NCBI GenBank assembly: GCA_038496445.1
Contig: JALMLS010000561.1
Span: 62,001-126,000, forward strand
Reading direction: 5' to 3'
DNA: 64,000 nucleotides
DNA from: Trichosphaerium sp. ATCC 40318
Taxonomy: Eukaryota > Protista > Tubulinea
Both the position numbers and the translations under genes were made by a program. The notes under the pieces are model-generated. The model saw only the letters and a list, made by a program, of their open reading frames with translations. It searched no databases and had not been told where the DNA came from. Below are positions 38,140 to 52,130 of the stretch, piece after piece (the first letter of the stretch is position 1; each line of letters starts with the position of its first letter).

Positions 38140-41100
38140 TCAATCCCATACATCATCTTCTGAATCAGAATCAAAGTCATCCAAGTCATCTATTTCTTCA
38201 GCATTTCTTACTGACATAAATCGTTTCTAAATTCAAAAAATCACGTGTCAGTTACAGTACTTTTGTAGGCAATCTAGTTTTTTCATAATTTTGTATTTTT
38301 GGAATGAAAGTTTGAATGAATTTTAATGTTTAGAAACGGTTATTGTTAATGACGTACATTTAAGCTACTCAATAAAATGTGTCCAAGATCATCGCTTGAA
38401 TTCTTTTTTGCTGTCTGTCTTGGATCTGGTTTTGTCATATCAACACTTGATAGTTGCCTTTTCTTTTTAAACAGCTCTGCACGAAGTACAAAAGTAGATC
38501 GTCTGAAATCTTTTTCTGCCTTCTTTGCTTCATCCGGAGTATGCTCTAAATAACAGTTAAACACATGAAGGATATTAATAAAGCAAGAAAATAGTACTTG
38601 AAAGAGACTTGACGCCATTCATTAGCGCAGCTGCTGAAGGTCGATTTGAATTTTGTGGTTTGTTTGTGATACCATTTGTTGTGTTGCCGTTCGCCTTGGG
38701 CTTTGGCGGATTTGGTGCTTGTGTTGTTATTTCTTGGGAAAGTACAAGAGGTGTTGTAGTTATAGTTGAGTTTCGGTACGTCTTCAGTTGTCTTGTAGAT
38801 GAGTCTACTTTTGATTTCAACCGCTCATTTTCAGAACGAAGAATATCCATTTCGTTTTCAAAAAATTCCTATTTTGTCGGCCTTGGTTAGCAACGAAGTA
38901 GTAGAGCTATCATCATTTAAATACGAACCTGTTGATCTGTAGCTTCTTTTAATTTTGATTTCATACTCTCATTTTCAGTAGCAAGAGACTTGTTCTTCGC
39001 TTGGATCTAGGTTGAAAAATTAGATCAAATCATGTGAGTTGTTTAGTACTTGAGTCTGAGCTTGTTTGCGCTTTTCAAGTTTCTCCTTTTGGTTAGTTAT
39101 CTCGCTTTCAAGTTCGCTTAACTATAAGGGTTGTCAGTGTATAGTATTGTAATAGCATAAAATAGCATGTTAGTCGTCACCTTTTTATCCTTTGATGCTG
39201 TTTCATCTTTTGCTTTTTTAAGCATTGTAGAAACTTGTTTATTCTTTTCTACTGCTGCTTTATGATCACGTGATAATTGATTACGTTTAGCATTCAACTC
39301 TTCAATTTCATTTTGAAGCGTTTCTTTTTCACTTTTCAAAGAATCTAATGCGTCATCTTTACTCTTCAATGCAGCAGCTTGGCTCTTTAAACAAAAAAAA
39401 ATAAGCAAATCGTAAACCTTCGATAACTTGCCTTGACTTTATCTTGTGCTGCGTTCAATCCTGATTGTAGGGACGCCCTTGTTTCTTCTGCTCTAAAAAG
39501 GGGTTAGAAGTTACCAGAACTTGAGAGTGTCATACTTTGATTTAAGCTCTTCCATCTCGTGTTGAGTGCTTGATTTTTCTTGGAGAAGTCTGTTAAGTTT
39601 TGAAGTCATCTCAGTTTTGAACGCTTCTTTGCCTTGACTCAGCTACGAAAGATGTTGTGTTAGACCACATGGATCACATCTAACAGATAGTAAAAGTTCA
39701 TATCGTACTTGTCTGAACTGTGCTTCCATTTCTGCTTGAAGTTTGCTTCTGTCATCTCTTGCATTGTCATTTTGGATTTTCATTTGTTTGTGAAGATTAC
39801 TATTTTCGTCTCTTAGAGCTGATACTTCAACTGAATGCTCCTCTACAAGATCCTTATTCGTCTGTTTTAACACCTCGTTTTGGTTCTAAATCATAATTAG
39901 GTTAGTTTATATCGTCTAAGAAGCTTCAAGTGCAAAAGTACCTCAGCAAGTGATAGTTGTTTTTGAAGATTAGAATACTTTGATTTCCGCTTTTCGAGCT
40001 CATCTTGCAATGACTCGATATATTGCTATCATGAACGTTATGTCATACTTTAATAGAGTAAGTGGTTACCTCTGCACTTTCTTGCATATCAACAAGACTC
40101 TGTTCGTTCTCTTCGATTGTATTTTGTTGTGTTTGTACATGTCTCATTAATTCTTTGTTCATGTTACTTTCTTTTCTTAGTTTTGATTCAAGCTTCTTTA
40201 TACGATTCTCGTAATTGCTTATATTATATTCCAGACTTGTATTCTCTTCTTGCATATTACTAATCTCTTCTTTCAATAAATTCTGAGCGCGTTCTTGCTA
40301 AAGAAATGTTAAGTTATGTGAGGGTTTTTTTTAATGTGTTCAGGGAATTTACCTGTTTTAATGCTCTTTGTAGTCCTTGTATCTCGCCATTAGACTTTGA
40401 TCGCGCCATTTCTAGGTACAGCTTTTCATTTTCCAATTCAATAATTCGGTTCACTTGCTCTGATATCGTGTGGCTAAAGGCAGAAAAAATTGAGAAAAAA
40501 TAGGAATGTATTTTTGTGCCGCACTTCATTTCTGTTTCCTTTTGCCTGTACTGTGTATTAGCAGATTCAAATTCCTCCTCAATCTGTTCTTTAGCTTTAG
40601 CTAATCCTTCAAATAGATCACAAAGCTCTTTAAATTCATGTGTCATCTCTGTGTCTCTGTCTTTCATTCTCTTATTCAAACTTTGTAGTTTCGACGTTTG
40701 CTCTAATGTCGTACTTAGCAAGGTGATTATCTAATACACTTCACCATACCTTTGTATTTTGTTAATTCCTCCATGAATTCTGTTCTCTCTTTAGTAGCTG
40801 TATTCAGTTTTTCATCCATCGCAGTGATGACACCTCTTGCAGCACCCAAATTGAAGTTACTGTCAACAAGAGACCACACAAACTCTTCGTTATAGAATGT
40901 ATTGGTAGCACTAGGTTTATACTGTTAACGCATGTTTTATATTGTTTATATTATTAACAGTTGGCACGTGCCTTCCCATACTAAGTCGTTTAATGTCTAT
41001 AACAAAAAGTGTAACTGATTTAAATTTTTTTCCAAGTCCGTAATAACCAAGTGTTTTTTTATCATCTAGAAGAAATCCATTTGTTGATCCTAATTTAAAA

Positions 41101-42812
41101 CGACTATCCACAGAATTAGTAAACATAACTGGCGTCAAGTATCTACCTTTCATCCGTGATTCCATATTTTTTCCTCAAAAGAGCAACGACCTAAGCAAAA
41201 GTGTTAAATTTATGATGACTTTGGATTGGTTTTTTTCGTACCTTCTCAACTGATAGTGCTGGGTTCACCTTTTGCAATTTTTGTGCTAGCCCATCAAATG
41301 CTGGTACAGGAGGTAATACGAAAGTAACAAGATATGACTCTCCTTGACAAACTTGTAAATGAACTGAAAAAGTAATTAGTTTTGTACAAACCTTTCTTTT
41401 TTGCCATTTCCGATTCAGTTTGTTTCACAAAATTCAAGTCCCAGTGAGGCAGGATAGATCCAAATCCGTACTTCCTGAAGTCTATTTGGATGGTTACTTA
41501 AGTTCACGTGATTTTTTTATCACGTACCTGAGCTAGGTTTGAGCCTGTAGTGTCGAAGTGTCTCCAAAGAATAACCAAAAGGTGGACGGAGTTTACATTT
41601 TCGGCAAATATTTCCGATGACCTTACGAGGCACGTGAGTTGTTATATGAATAAATATCGCTCTATATGTTTCTTTAAATGCCTGGGAGTACGTACTTGTC
41701 CCACAGTACTTGTTGGTTTTATTTTAAACACTCTGGCCTCTCCGAGAAGATTTCGTATTGCTGGAACCTATACAAAGATACAAAGATCACTATTTTTGCT
41801 CTTATACGCTTCAAAAGTATTATACGTACGCCTGTAAAGTGAAATTTTATCGTTGTCATTTCTTTGCTATCAACAAAAACGCGAGGATCTATAATCCAAT
41901 AAGTACACTAAAGATTTTTTTTTTGGAACATTCTAACCCATCAATGTTTCTTTGTATGTAGTCTCAAGTTCTTTGAGTACTTTCTCGTCTCCCTGAAACA
42001 ACTCTTCTTCTGTAAATTTTTGACTGAGACTATTAAACAACTTCATTCTCTCATTCCTTGGCGTTGTAGTTATCTTACGCCCTGAAAGCGAAGAACTCTG
42101 TCAAAAAAAAAATTAGTTAAAGAGGCCAAAAAGAAAACCACAAAAAAGAAATTAGAAAATCGGTTTAAACGAACATGGGTTGATAATTACTTTTAATAAC
42201 TTGGTGTGAAGTGTTTCATATGCGTACCCTTGAGCTCCGTGTACTTCTAACCCACTCTGTCTCGTTTTTTAAATTCCCTAGAGCCACTTTCTTTGAAGAC
42301 TTTCTGCCGGTTGCCCCGTCATCTAAAACGTAAAAATAAACACGTGATAAACGTGATCATATCAATAATCAATAAATAGAAAATACAATAACTCCGTACG
42401 TAAACGAGGTAAAGACCTACTACGCATCAAGTCATCACGTTTAGATGATATTGAATGACGTTTGCTTTTTCTTTTCTTGAAGGTTGTTCTTATATCATAT
42501 TTGGTACGTGATCTACGCCTACCATCTATATGCTCCTCTTTTGGTGACCACTTTACACCCTTTTGTTTACTATTCATAGCGTTCATTGCGCTCGTTTTGG
42601 CTTCCTATAACGTACAACTTATTACTGTACACGGTTGTTTTTAACCCGAAGTGGTTTTTACAACAGACATTAAAAATATTACACGTGAGGCTAAGTGTTG
42701 TGTTTTTTTTTTTTTTCGAAACGAAATTAAGACGTACCCATGCTTTAGCTTTCCAAAACGACATTGATTGCTTGTAAGTATCGCCCAGCTTCTTACCTTT
42801 GCTTATAGACAT
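38140..42812 (-). CDS. Ubiquitin-like/RA-fold + long coiled-coil protein with C-terminal WH2-C-A (WCA)-like tail
   Basis: LDDKKTLGYYGL Ub-like signature; heptad-rich exons; terminal DLGHILLSSLNKRFMSVRNAEEIDDLDDFDSDSEDDVWD*. Confidence 0.75.
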
Positions 42813-43112
42813 TTTTATAAGCCTATACGCTTATCCACGTGATAAGAACTGAAAGGGAATACAAAAGGGATAAAAGGGGTAGAATAATAAAAAAAAACCC
42901 ACGTGGTACGGGTCTTCGTCGGTAATAACCGAAAAGACTGAATGATAAAACTGCACAAGTATTACAGTCTTTAGGAATTCAATAACGAGAAATAAAGGCC
43001 TTAAAGATTGGCGTGGAAGAGTAAAAACAACTTTTATTTCGGCACGAAAATATATTTATAAAAACAATGTTCAAGCTCGACAATAAACGTTTACGCTGTT
43101 ATACGTAGTTAC

Positions 43113-45293
43113 TTAGTTATCTACTACATTTTGCGCGTATACTTGCATTGCTGCCCATATTTCATCACTTGTAGGTAAGATTTCACTTGCAGGTAAGTTG
43201 AAGCCATAACGACCTTATTACAAACAATTAGTTTTGTAAAGAAAAACCACATAAAATATTATGCATTTCAGCACGTGAGTTTTATCCAAAAAGGATGGCG
43301 ATACTGAGCCAGAGTTTGAATTTAAAATCTTGTACCTGTATCTCTCAATTCAAGAGTGTAACTGTATACACCTCCAGCGGCTCCATAACCCCAATCGTCA
43401 GCTCCACCTTCACAGAAATAAGGCGGATGGAGAAGAAAGGGCAAAAATGATGTTTTCGTGTCAATGTATTTACGTACCAGAAGCAACATATAGAAGAATT
43501 GCAGAGTTACCATAAGTGTATGTTTTTGCTTCTGGTTGCCCTTTGATAGCATTCTATGAAAGTAAATTAGTGAGGAATAAATCAAAAACAAGTTAAAAAA
43601 AAAAGTTTTTTTTTTCCGAAATATCAGGTACGTACAACACAAGCAATAGCGCAAGAACGCATTGCTACATCATCTGCAGGTCTTGTACTAGTAGTATAAC
43701 CCCTATTAAAAACATAAGAAAGGAGTATAACAAAAGTAACAGCTCAATATTACCATGGATACAACCAATATTGACCATATGCGTGAACATCAACGAAACC
43801 AGCAAAGTTTGGAAGTGTGCTAACAAACTTTTGTACATTATCAGTCTCAGGCTCAGAGAAAGGTCCAGTGCCTATCAAAAGCTTAGAAGATCGAAAAAAA
43901 AACGAACTAGAAATTTTATTTTTTTGGTTGAGGTTTTTCGTATGTCGTACCATGGTATGTATCAGAGCTTGGGTTACTGGATGAACCACCAGTGTTCCAA
44001 CGATATCCAAAGTTTCTGTTCAAATCAACACCTCTTGCTGTTGTTCCTTGATTAACACGTCTGTTCTTTCTCCATAACCGATTGCTCAATCTGAAAAAAA
44101 AATAAAATGAGATATTGAACATCAATCACGTGATTTTTAATTTCGAAAAGTCTTTTGAAAAAAAGTAAAGCGAAATAAATTAGGGTGGAGCGCGGAAATT
44201 AATACACGTGAGCTTAACAGTCGCTCTTGCGGCTCTGAAAGATTTTTTTTTATATTTTGCATTAAAGTACCTTGAGAACTCAAATCCGTCTGGGTTGGAA
44301 ACTGGGAGTATGTACCAATCAATAGAGTCTACTTTACTCTTCAACACAGGGTCAATTTCTGTGTTCTCAAGAATTTGTGTTGCAAGGTAAACTAAGAAGA
44401 ACGGTGAGTTGTCAAGGCTTTTTTCAAGTACACAATATTTAAAAGACTTACGAACTGAAGGTGTAGTAATCCACTCTCTTGCATGTATAGTTCCCTCAAC
44501 GTATACACTCTTTCTGTTCGATCCTGTACCTTCAATCTTCAAAACAACTAGGTCTCTTCCTACACTTGCATTGAGACTAACGAGCCGACAGTAACAAAAA
44601 AAAAATCAAACAAAACCTGAAATTTCCATCGCTTTTTGCAGGTCATCTAGGATTTATCCCGTACCTTCGATGGACGTTCCGATTACTTGTGTTGATGCTC
44701 TAGAATATTTTGATGCTAGATCTTCAATGTAGGCAACATTTTCGGCAAAAGAATGATACTGTGTGAAGAACTCTACGTCCTTCAAGCCAAACTGAGTGAC
44801 ATTTCCCTATTTGATAACACGTCAACAAGCAATCAAAAAACTACGACAAGGTACACCACAGAGGTTTAACGAAGCGTTTGAAGGTAATTAAAGCGGTAAA
44901 ACGTGACAAAAAGCTGTAAAACACCAAACTTACTGTGAACGGTTCCATCTCTTTGTTGATATTACTTTGAACATCCTCAACATACACAGAGTGATCAATA
45001 CCAATTTTTCCCATTAATAACTGTTGTTCGGGCGTCAACTACTCTCATTAGCCACATAACACATTCTAACGCATTTACAATGGTGTATTACGTACTCTGA
45101 TATCAATGTGGTTGTCTTTGGAGGCAATCTTCCATACATCCAAGCTCAACTTTTCAGCAATATCCAACAGAATTTGGAACTGTCCGCTTCCATTTGGCTC
45201 AAAGCGCCATACTTGATGACCAGTAAAATCTTCCTTTGCGAAAGTGACCAATACGCATATTGCGATCAACGCAATATTCAAAACACGTGTCAT
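43113..45293 (-). CDS. Zinc carboxypeptidase M14A (CPA/CPB-like) with propeptide
   Basis: [43 protein letters not shown]. Confidence 0.95.
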
Positions 45294-45823
45294 GAGGCGT
45301 CACCAATAGAAAAGATCTTTCGAATGAATAAGTAGTAATGTAAAGTCAAGTCACTTTTTTGGCAACAAAGCTACTTCAGGGACGTTTTAATTCACTAAAA
45401 AGGGTTGGTAGCCAACTGCACATGCCAAGCGCCTTTCGTAGATACAAGAGAAAGCAAAGTACACGTCATCGCTTATTAATTGTTTATTTCTCGACACTAG
45501 GCTCTGATAGCATCACGTGTAACTTGGTAAAGGTGTCGCAATATGACCGTAAGCGTATACAGTGAATGGAGTGGTGCACGATCCTGTTTTGTATTTTTTT
45601 CAACCCTGACTTACACGCTGATTCTTGAAGTGTTATTTATCGATTACTATCGCTGTGACATGCGCATATTTAAATATAGTACTGGAATAGTCCGAGATTA
45701 TAACGTGGTATCAAGAGCGCTTCGAGATTTAAGTGAACGGAGTTAAGGTCATAACTTTACGTCTACTTATAACCATTATCAATAACAACCAACAACAACA
45801 ACTACCACTACTAAATCAACAAA

Positions 45824-46560
45824 ATGTCTGACTCTGAAAGCGTATGTGTTTACTATCGTACTGACATTTTTTTTCTTTTACTAACACGTGATTTTAGACA
45901 ATCAAAATTAAAGGACACTACTTCGGACCTACTGCCATTGGAGGTGTTCAGTCCGACTTAAAATCACTTCAAGAAGAGATAAATAATGCTGACACTATCG
46001 TATCTCCTATTGGCTATTGGTACCGTGCAATAAAAAACCGTCACTTGCTTATTCTCTTAGGCCATTTCATATGTTCAAAACAGCAAGTCGTGCAAAACCA
46101 ACGCCTTGTTTCATTATGGCCTACGTTCAAAAGGAAGACGAAAGAGTTCAGAATGCTCTTCTTGTCTTGTATGAAGAAAGCAGAGGTACAATTTGAAGAC
46201 CTTCTCAACGGTTGGTCCTTATTCTTGCTCAGGACCTATTGGACAACCTAATCACTGTATCCCACTTGTACTTCGTGGAGACAAGCAATGGACAATGGGT
46301 AAAATCACAAATAAAACTTCTAAAGATCAAGTGAGGCTCTATGCACGTGATCCAGACGGCAAAGGTACTGTCTCTAAAAATACAAAACCTAAATCTAATG
46401 GTTGTTAGGGACTACACCTTGCTTTGCAGTTGGCAGGAAGAACTTGAATGATTTTGCGAAATTACTAAAACCTTATGTTCGAGTTATTACTAAGGATAGA
46501 AAAAAGAAACTTGGTGTTGCACTTGAGGCTTTTGATGATCCTTCACTTCTTTCCGATTAA
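45824..46560 (+). CDS. Hypothetical protein, 5 exons
   Basis: Four GT-AG introns give one continuous frame; no recognised motif. Confidence 0.7.
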
Positions 46561-46784
46561 TCTTTGTATCAATAAATTGTATATTTTTTTCGAAAAAGAA
46601 AATACATAGCTTACAAGTACTAGTTACTAGCTTTTGTGTCCTTACCTTTAATCCTCAAACTTACTCTTGGAAAAAAAACTAAAGTACAATGTTGAGAATA
46701 GCCATAAGTATCAATAGACCAGTAAGAGGCCAACAGTGTTTTTTAGATAAATAGCAAAATAAAACTTCTAATCCTTTTTTTCAC

Positions 46785-47071
46785 AAAAAGATAGGGCCGA
46801 GCAGACATCCTCTCCTTAATAACCCACAGAGCACCCCACTCCATTGACAACGGCGTACACTGGAACACCGGCCAAAGGACACTCGAGACCAAGTAACTGT
46901 ACCAGTTCATGCCAGTTTCTCTCAGTCTAACATGATCCTAGATTGATGTTTGTGTTGAGAATCAGGTACGATACCTCGAGGCACTGAATTCTCTCATCAA
47001 CTTCAAATCATGTCGTTATTTTCTATTTAGAAAGCGCCAAGAGAACACACACTCCTTTTGCTTTCCATTAT
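46785..47071 (-). ncRNA. Novel ~287-nt structured ncRNA candidate, copy B
   Basis: 5 differences from copy A; DUSE and T5 retained. Confidence 0.65.
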
Positions 47072-48276
47072 CTCATGAATCCAGAAATCCTTTTGTACCT
47101 CCAAGTCTATCCACGAAATAAATTGTGGGATATCACAAAGTTGTAGCATTTGTCGTGCTGTTTAGAGGTTCGTGATTTTGGATTGAATTGCTACACGTTG
47201 AACCGAGATATTGGAGGTGTAGTGAAAGCAATGACAATGCACATGTAGTAGAGGTAACGGCACCTATCAACATCCAACTTTGGTTTCATTTTGTTCGTTT
47301 TCAAATGAGTAATTTATTAAACACGATTAGAAACGCTAAGACGCTCTAGTGTATGCCTCTAACGCTGTGAAAGCGTTTACTTCAGTTGGATATTTAACGG
47401 TTAAACTCAAATTCAAAAAAATGGATACCGCTCGAATTCCACCTTACTTTGAACCAGTATTGTTGTAATACTATCGCTTTTATTTCATGTGAAGCAAGGA
47501 AATTTAATTTGTAAGCGGTTAGGTTGAACAGGCTTCTACAACCGTAAACAGGCGTTTTGAAAAGAAAAACATTAAGAACAACGCGTGGAACAGAGAAATT
47601 CGATATAGAAAACAGTTTTTGTAGCGATAGCGAAACGATTTGTAGATCACGTTTTTTTACCGAATTTTACATCAAAACTGTTCAAAATGTTATAAATCAT
47701 ATATTTACACTGCTGATGATAACTTGCCGGTGCATTTTGGGTGATACAAACTCAAGTACGTGTAAAATCTCTTTTTGGCTCTCAAATAAGCTCAAACACT
47801 TCGTGACGCCTGAATAACACTGACGAATTGCTCCAGTTCACTTACGACAGAAGCCATTGTATTTTCACTTAATTCGACTAACGTGATTTTCTCGTGTCTT
47901 TATTGCATAGAATTACGACTGACTGATTCAAGCGTTTACAACCAACTGAGTATCAACGTATGAATGACATATTAGATTCACACGTAGTTTTTTTGTAGTT
48001 GTTACACTTCACGCTTCACGTTGATTGACAGTAACTTCACAGTTAACATCCAGTTAAATTGTTAGTATCATAGAATGAAGGATGTTGTAAAAAAAAGCAC
48101 GTGAAAGTAAAAATGCACGAGTTTTCTGTTTAGTTTTTCAATTGCTTACGTACTCTACAACAACTGTCTACCATTCAAAAATTCATCTAGTATAATACAG
48201 CGTTACTACAGTTATCAAGAAGAAGTTTAAGATGCTACAGCAGTTACAAAGAATTCGTCACCAGCTGTGTTGATGA

Positions 48277-48735
48277 ATGCTCTTTAGAATTCTAGAACTT
48301 ACCCGCTTATACCTACGTTTAACCCCTTGTCCGATTACCAATCTTACGATTATTAGAAGTACCTGCCACCTATACACCAGCTACAAAAACAACAAGCTTA
48401 CAATTTACTTTCAAGCGACTATGTTTGTTGATAATAAACTGCATGGAGAACGCAACGAATGGCATGCAGTTCGTACACGGTACAACTCGGAGTTGCAAAA
48501 ACACGGGGTATGGACATACTGGCGCAGCGACGGAATGAAGATACGATGTACGATGGCCAACGGTAAACGGCATGGTACATGGAAGGAGTGGTTTGGCGAT
48601 GGACAACTCAAGGTACAATGTATTATGGTAAAGGGTAAACGACACGGAGAACTAAACGAGTGGTATCCCAATGGACAACCAAAGACGCAATGTGATATGA
48701 TCAAAGGTAAACTGAAAGAGTGTGGCACATACTAG
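48277..48735 (+). CDS. Short MORN-variant repeat ORF, possibly a fragment
   Basis: KRHGxWKEWFGDGQLK-type repeats; no clean start. Confidence 0.55.
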   Translation: MLFRILELTRLYLRLTPCPITNLTIIRSTCHLYTSYKNNKLTIYFQATMFVDNKLHGERNEWHAVRTRYNSELQKHGVWTYWRSDGMKIRCTMANGKRHGTWKEWFGDGQLKVQCIMVKGKRHGELNEWYPNGQPKTQCDMIKGKLKECGTY

Positions 48736-50093
48736 GGTCTGACGACGACAACGAGGAAGACAATGTCGTAGAAGGTGAGGAATCGAAAACTGAACAAGTT
48801 TTTTACAAAGAAAACGTTTTTTGAAAACAATCTAAAGTCTTACCGATAGAAAAACCGCAAAGTTTTTTTTTTTTTTTTGTAGGTGTGAGGCAAACCAACC
48901 ACCTCAGTAGCTCGTCACATGGAATAGCAAATACTTTAGCTACAAAGCTGCATATACCGTATGAACCGATATATACGTTGAAAGATTGGAGACAGCTACT
49001 GGGAGAAGCCTCACAAGGCTTTGTGTTAAAACTGTTTTTTTTTTTTCACACTAATGGTTGTAGAGGCAAATATACCAGAACATGGTATCAGATTCTGAAA
49101 CAAATCGCATAAGTCTCGAATTTCATAGGCTTGCAAAAAAACGTCACTTGCCTTACACGCCAGTAAAGACGATAAAAGGCTGGCGTAAACTGCTCGGGAA
49201 CCCACCTAAGGATCAGTACTAGTGTCTAAGCATCAAAAGTGCAAGCAAACAAATCGCCTTGGCGATGAGGAAAGTTGTTAGCAGGGGATAATGTGTGACA
49301 TTGAGCGTGAAAATATGCATTTTACTTTGCTTGAGTATGGCACAATAGCAGCTGAAATTTTGCAAGTCACAAAGGATAGTCTTTTCCCTTTGTTTATCTT
49401 CGTTTTGGTTTTTTTTTGAGTGAAACCGTCTGACATTTTTGGCAGTACTTGAGCTGCTTTGCGATACAAGGTGTAAATATTTAGTGCTTTAGTTCACACC
49501 ACAGAGGTACTTTATGTGCTTTTAAGCAAGACAAAACAGTTAGCCTCTACTCCTTGATGACACATGAACTTGTACAACTTTCTCTTTGCTAAAAGATCGC
49601 AGAAGCAATCACATTTAATTAAGCTTCTACCTAATTAGACAAGAATTCAAAAAAACTTTACCATACCAAGATTGCCTCTACGAGACACGTCAGAGAATAT
49701 CTTGTTGATAGAGGCTTGCAATTGATTTTAAGGACAAGTAACCCTTTCAGTTTTGGTTGAATACCTTCACTGAATACAAAATAACATTTTTCAAACCTGT
49801 ACCGATGAAGTTGAGGAAGCTTGTAAAGGTACAACTTCTAAACACGTGATATTGTCAAAATACGCAAGATGTAGTCTCTCGAGGAAAGCAAACTTGAACA
49901 AGTTGAAAGTAGTAGTAATTAACTACTAATTGTCTCTTCAGTAAAAACAATATCAACAATAGACAAAACTGGTAGAGATGTTGTAATACATATATACTTT
50001 TGGTTACATCCAAACTTAAGAAGTGGTCCCAGAGCCTGCGCATATATTGGATGTGTACCATCTTGCGTGGTTCAACACCAACAAAAAAAAAAT

Positions 50094-51878
50094 TTACACA
50101 TTAATTATTCTTGATGCAGCTTTTCTTATTCTATTCATAACCGCAAGTCCCTACACATTAAATATTTAGTAAAACTAATAAACCAATAAAAGAATCACAT
50201 GATTAAAATATTAATAAAGTGAGCAGTAGTACCTCTTTTTCTTCTGAAATACCTTCCATAAAAATAACATCAACTCCTTTTCCATCTAATTCTCTAAGCG
50301 CTTTAAATAAACCACGTGCAACTATATCAGGGTTTTTCCCATCTCCAAGTTTATATAAAATAAACTTTTCTGATTCTGTAAATGAACTTGGTATTGTAAT
50401 ACTATCAGGGAAAGTATGTATCAATCCAACAGATAATTTTTCATCTTCAACTGATTTTTTAAGTTCTGTTTTTAAGCTCTCTTCCATTGCTTTTAAATCA
50501 CTTCCTTCAAATAATACAACCTTATCATTACATTAAGGATATAATAAACAGTCTATTGTACGTACTTGAGCATTAGGGGAGTAATGTCGGTACTTCAAAC
50601 CTGGAGTTGCAGGTCGCTGTTCCATTGTAGGATCTGAATTTTTTTTATATAATTGTGTTTCAGGTAAAATCTCTCTTATTTGCTCTATAGTTACGCCACC
50701 AGGCCGTAATACTGTAGGAGGGTTCCTCATAGCATCTATAACCTACGATAAAGCCTTAGAATTGTTGAACTTGCTTCAGTTTTGAGTGCATTTGCTACAT
50801 TGTTTTTTTTTTCATTTTTAAACTTAGACTGAAACGCTAGTTCGTACTGTGCTTTCAACACCAACTTGACAAGCTCCTCCGTCTATAATACAACCAAGTC
50901 TACCTTGAAGATCATCAAATACGTGCTGTGCAGTTGTAGGACTTGGTCTTCCTGATAAATTTGCAGAAGGAGCAGCAACAGGTACTTTTGCTAAACTAAG
51001 CAGTTTTTGGCTAACTGGATGTGAAGGAAACCTTACAGCGACTGTATCTAGACCACAAGTCACAGTTTCAGCTACCTTAATGAACATGAGAAGGTATAAA
51101 TGCAACGACAGCGCGTCAAGCGCCTGTTTTTAACTGTAAAGTACCTTGCTTGTTTTTTTGAACAAAATAGTTAAAGGACCAGGCCAGAAAGCCTTCATTA
51201 ATGGTTTAACCTATAGGAATAGCGTAAATAATTTGTATTCTATGGTTCTAGGGAGTTTTGAAGCAACACTCAAGTTTTAGGTGCCATTCAGCGAAACGCT
51301 TGCACACTTTTTTTTTGTTGCAAAAGTATAGCGTACGCGTTCTGGTATATCACTAGCTAGTTCTGATAGCATTTCCAAGTCGCTTATGTGAACAATGAGT
51401 GGATTATCTGCAGGTCGGTTTTTAGCAGCGTATATCTGTATTCGATGGTTAATAGAGCGTATTAAGCGTTTAGTGTATTATTAAAATAGTTATGTTGTTA
51501 TAATCGCTGTTTACTGCTAGCAAGCTAGTTGTGCGACTTGTAATTCAACAGGCGCGTTTATAAAGTTTGTACGAGCTACTTTACCTTTTTTGCTGCATTA
51601 TCATCAAACGCATTCGCACCGAGACCATACACTGTTTCCGTAGGAAATGCAACTAATTCCCCTTTTTGTAATAGATCGGCAGCGTATTTAAAGTCTTCAT
51701 CGTTTAAGTTGTCTTTGTCGACTTTAATAACCTTTGTAGTCCATTTTGTGTCTTTTGGCTTGTTGTCTGCCATTACAACTCGTTTTAGTGATATATAGCG
51801 TCTGTTAATATTTTTATGGCGTCGGAGATTGCGTCCAACGAGTATTGGGTTTGTTGAGTGCCAGCACAGTTTCAGCAT
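50094..51878 (-). CDS. SUA5: Threonylcarbamoyl-AMP synthase (Sua5/YrdC)
   Basis: VAFPTETVYGLGA, KNRPADNPLIVH, FWPGPLT, AAPSANLSG, GVEST, PGLKYRHYSP, C-terminal SUA5 domain. Confidence 0.96.
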
Positions 51879-52130
51879 GAATTCACTTTGACCAAAATTG
51901 GCTTTTTCTGCGATATTTCTGGTAACGCTTTTCTCTCCACTGACTCAAACACATGGCAAGAAACTTAGTAGGTATTTATCCATCTTCCGAGAATACTAAC
52001 ACGTGACTTTTGCCACATATTTTGTTACATCATTTTTTTTTATTGTACAATTTTTTTGTTTCAGTTTGGAATCACCATTCAATATCTGGCCTACATCAAT
52101 ATTAAGGTAAATGTCAATACTGTTACACTC

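Noticed and set aside
49140-49270. Two short hairpins (acgccag/ctggcgt, atcgcc/ggcgat)
   Set aside because: No promoter element, paralogue or strand signal.
50522-50566. TCCTTAAT U12-like branch point in a SUA5 intron
   Set aside because: The donor is GTACGT (U2-type); no RTATCCT donors were noticed in the window.
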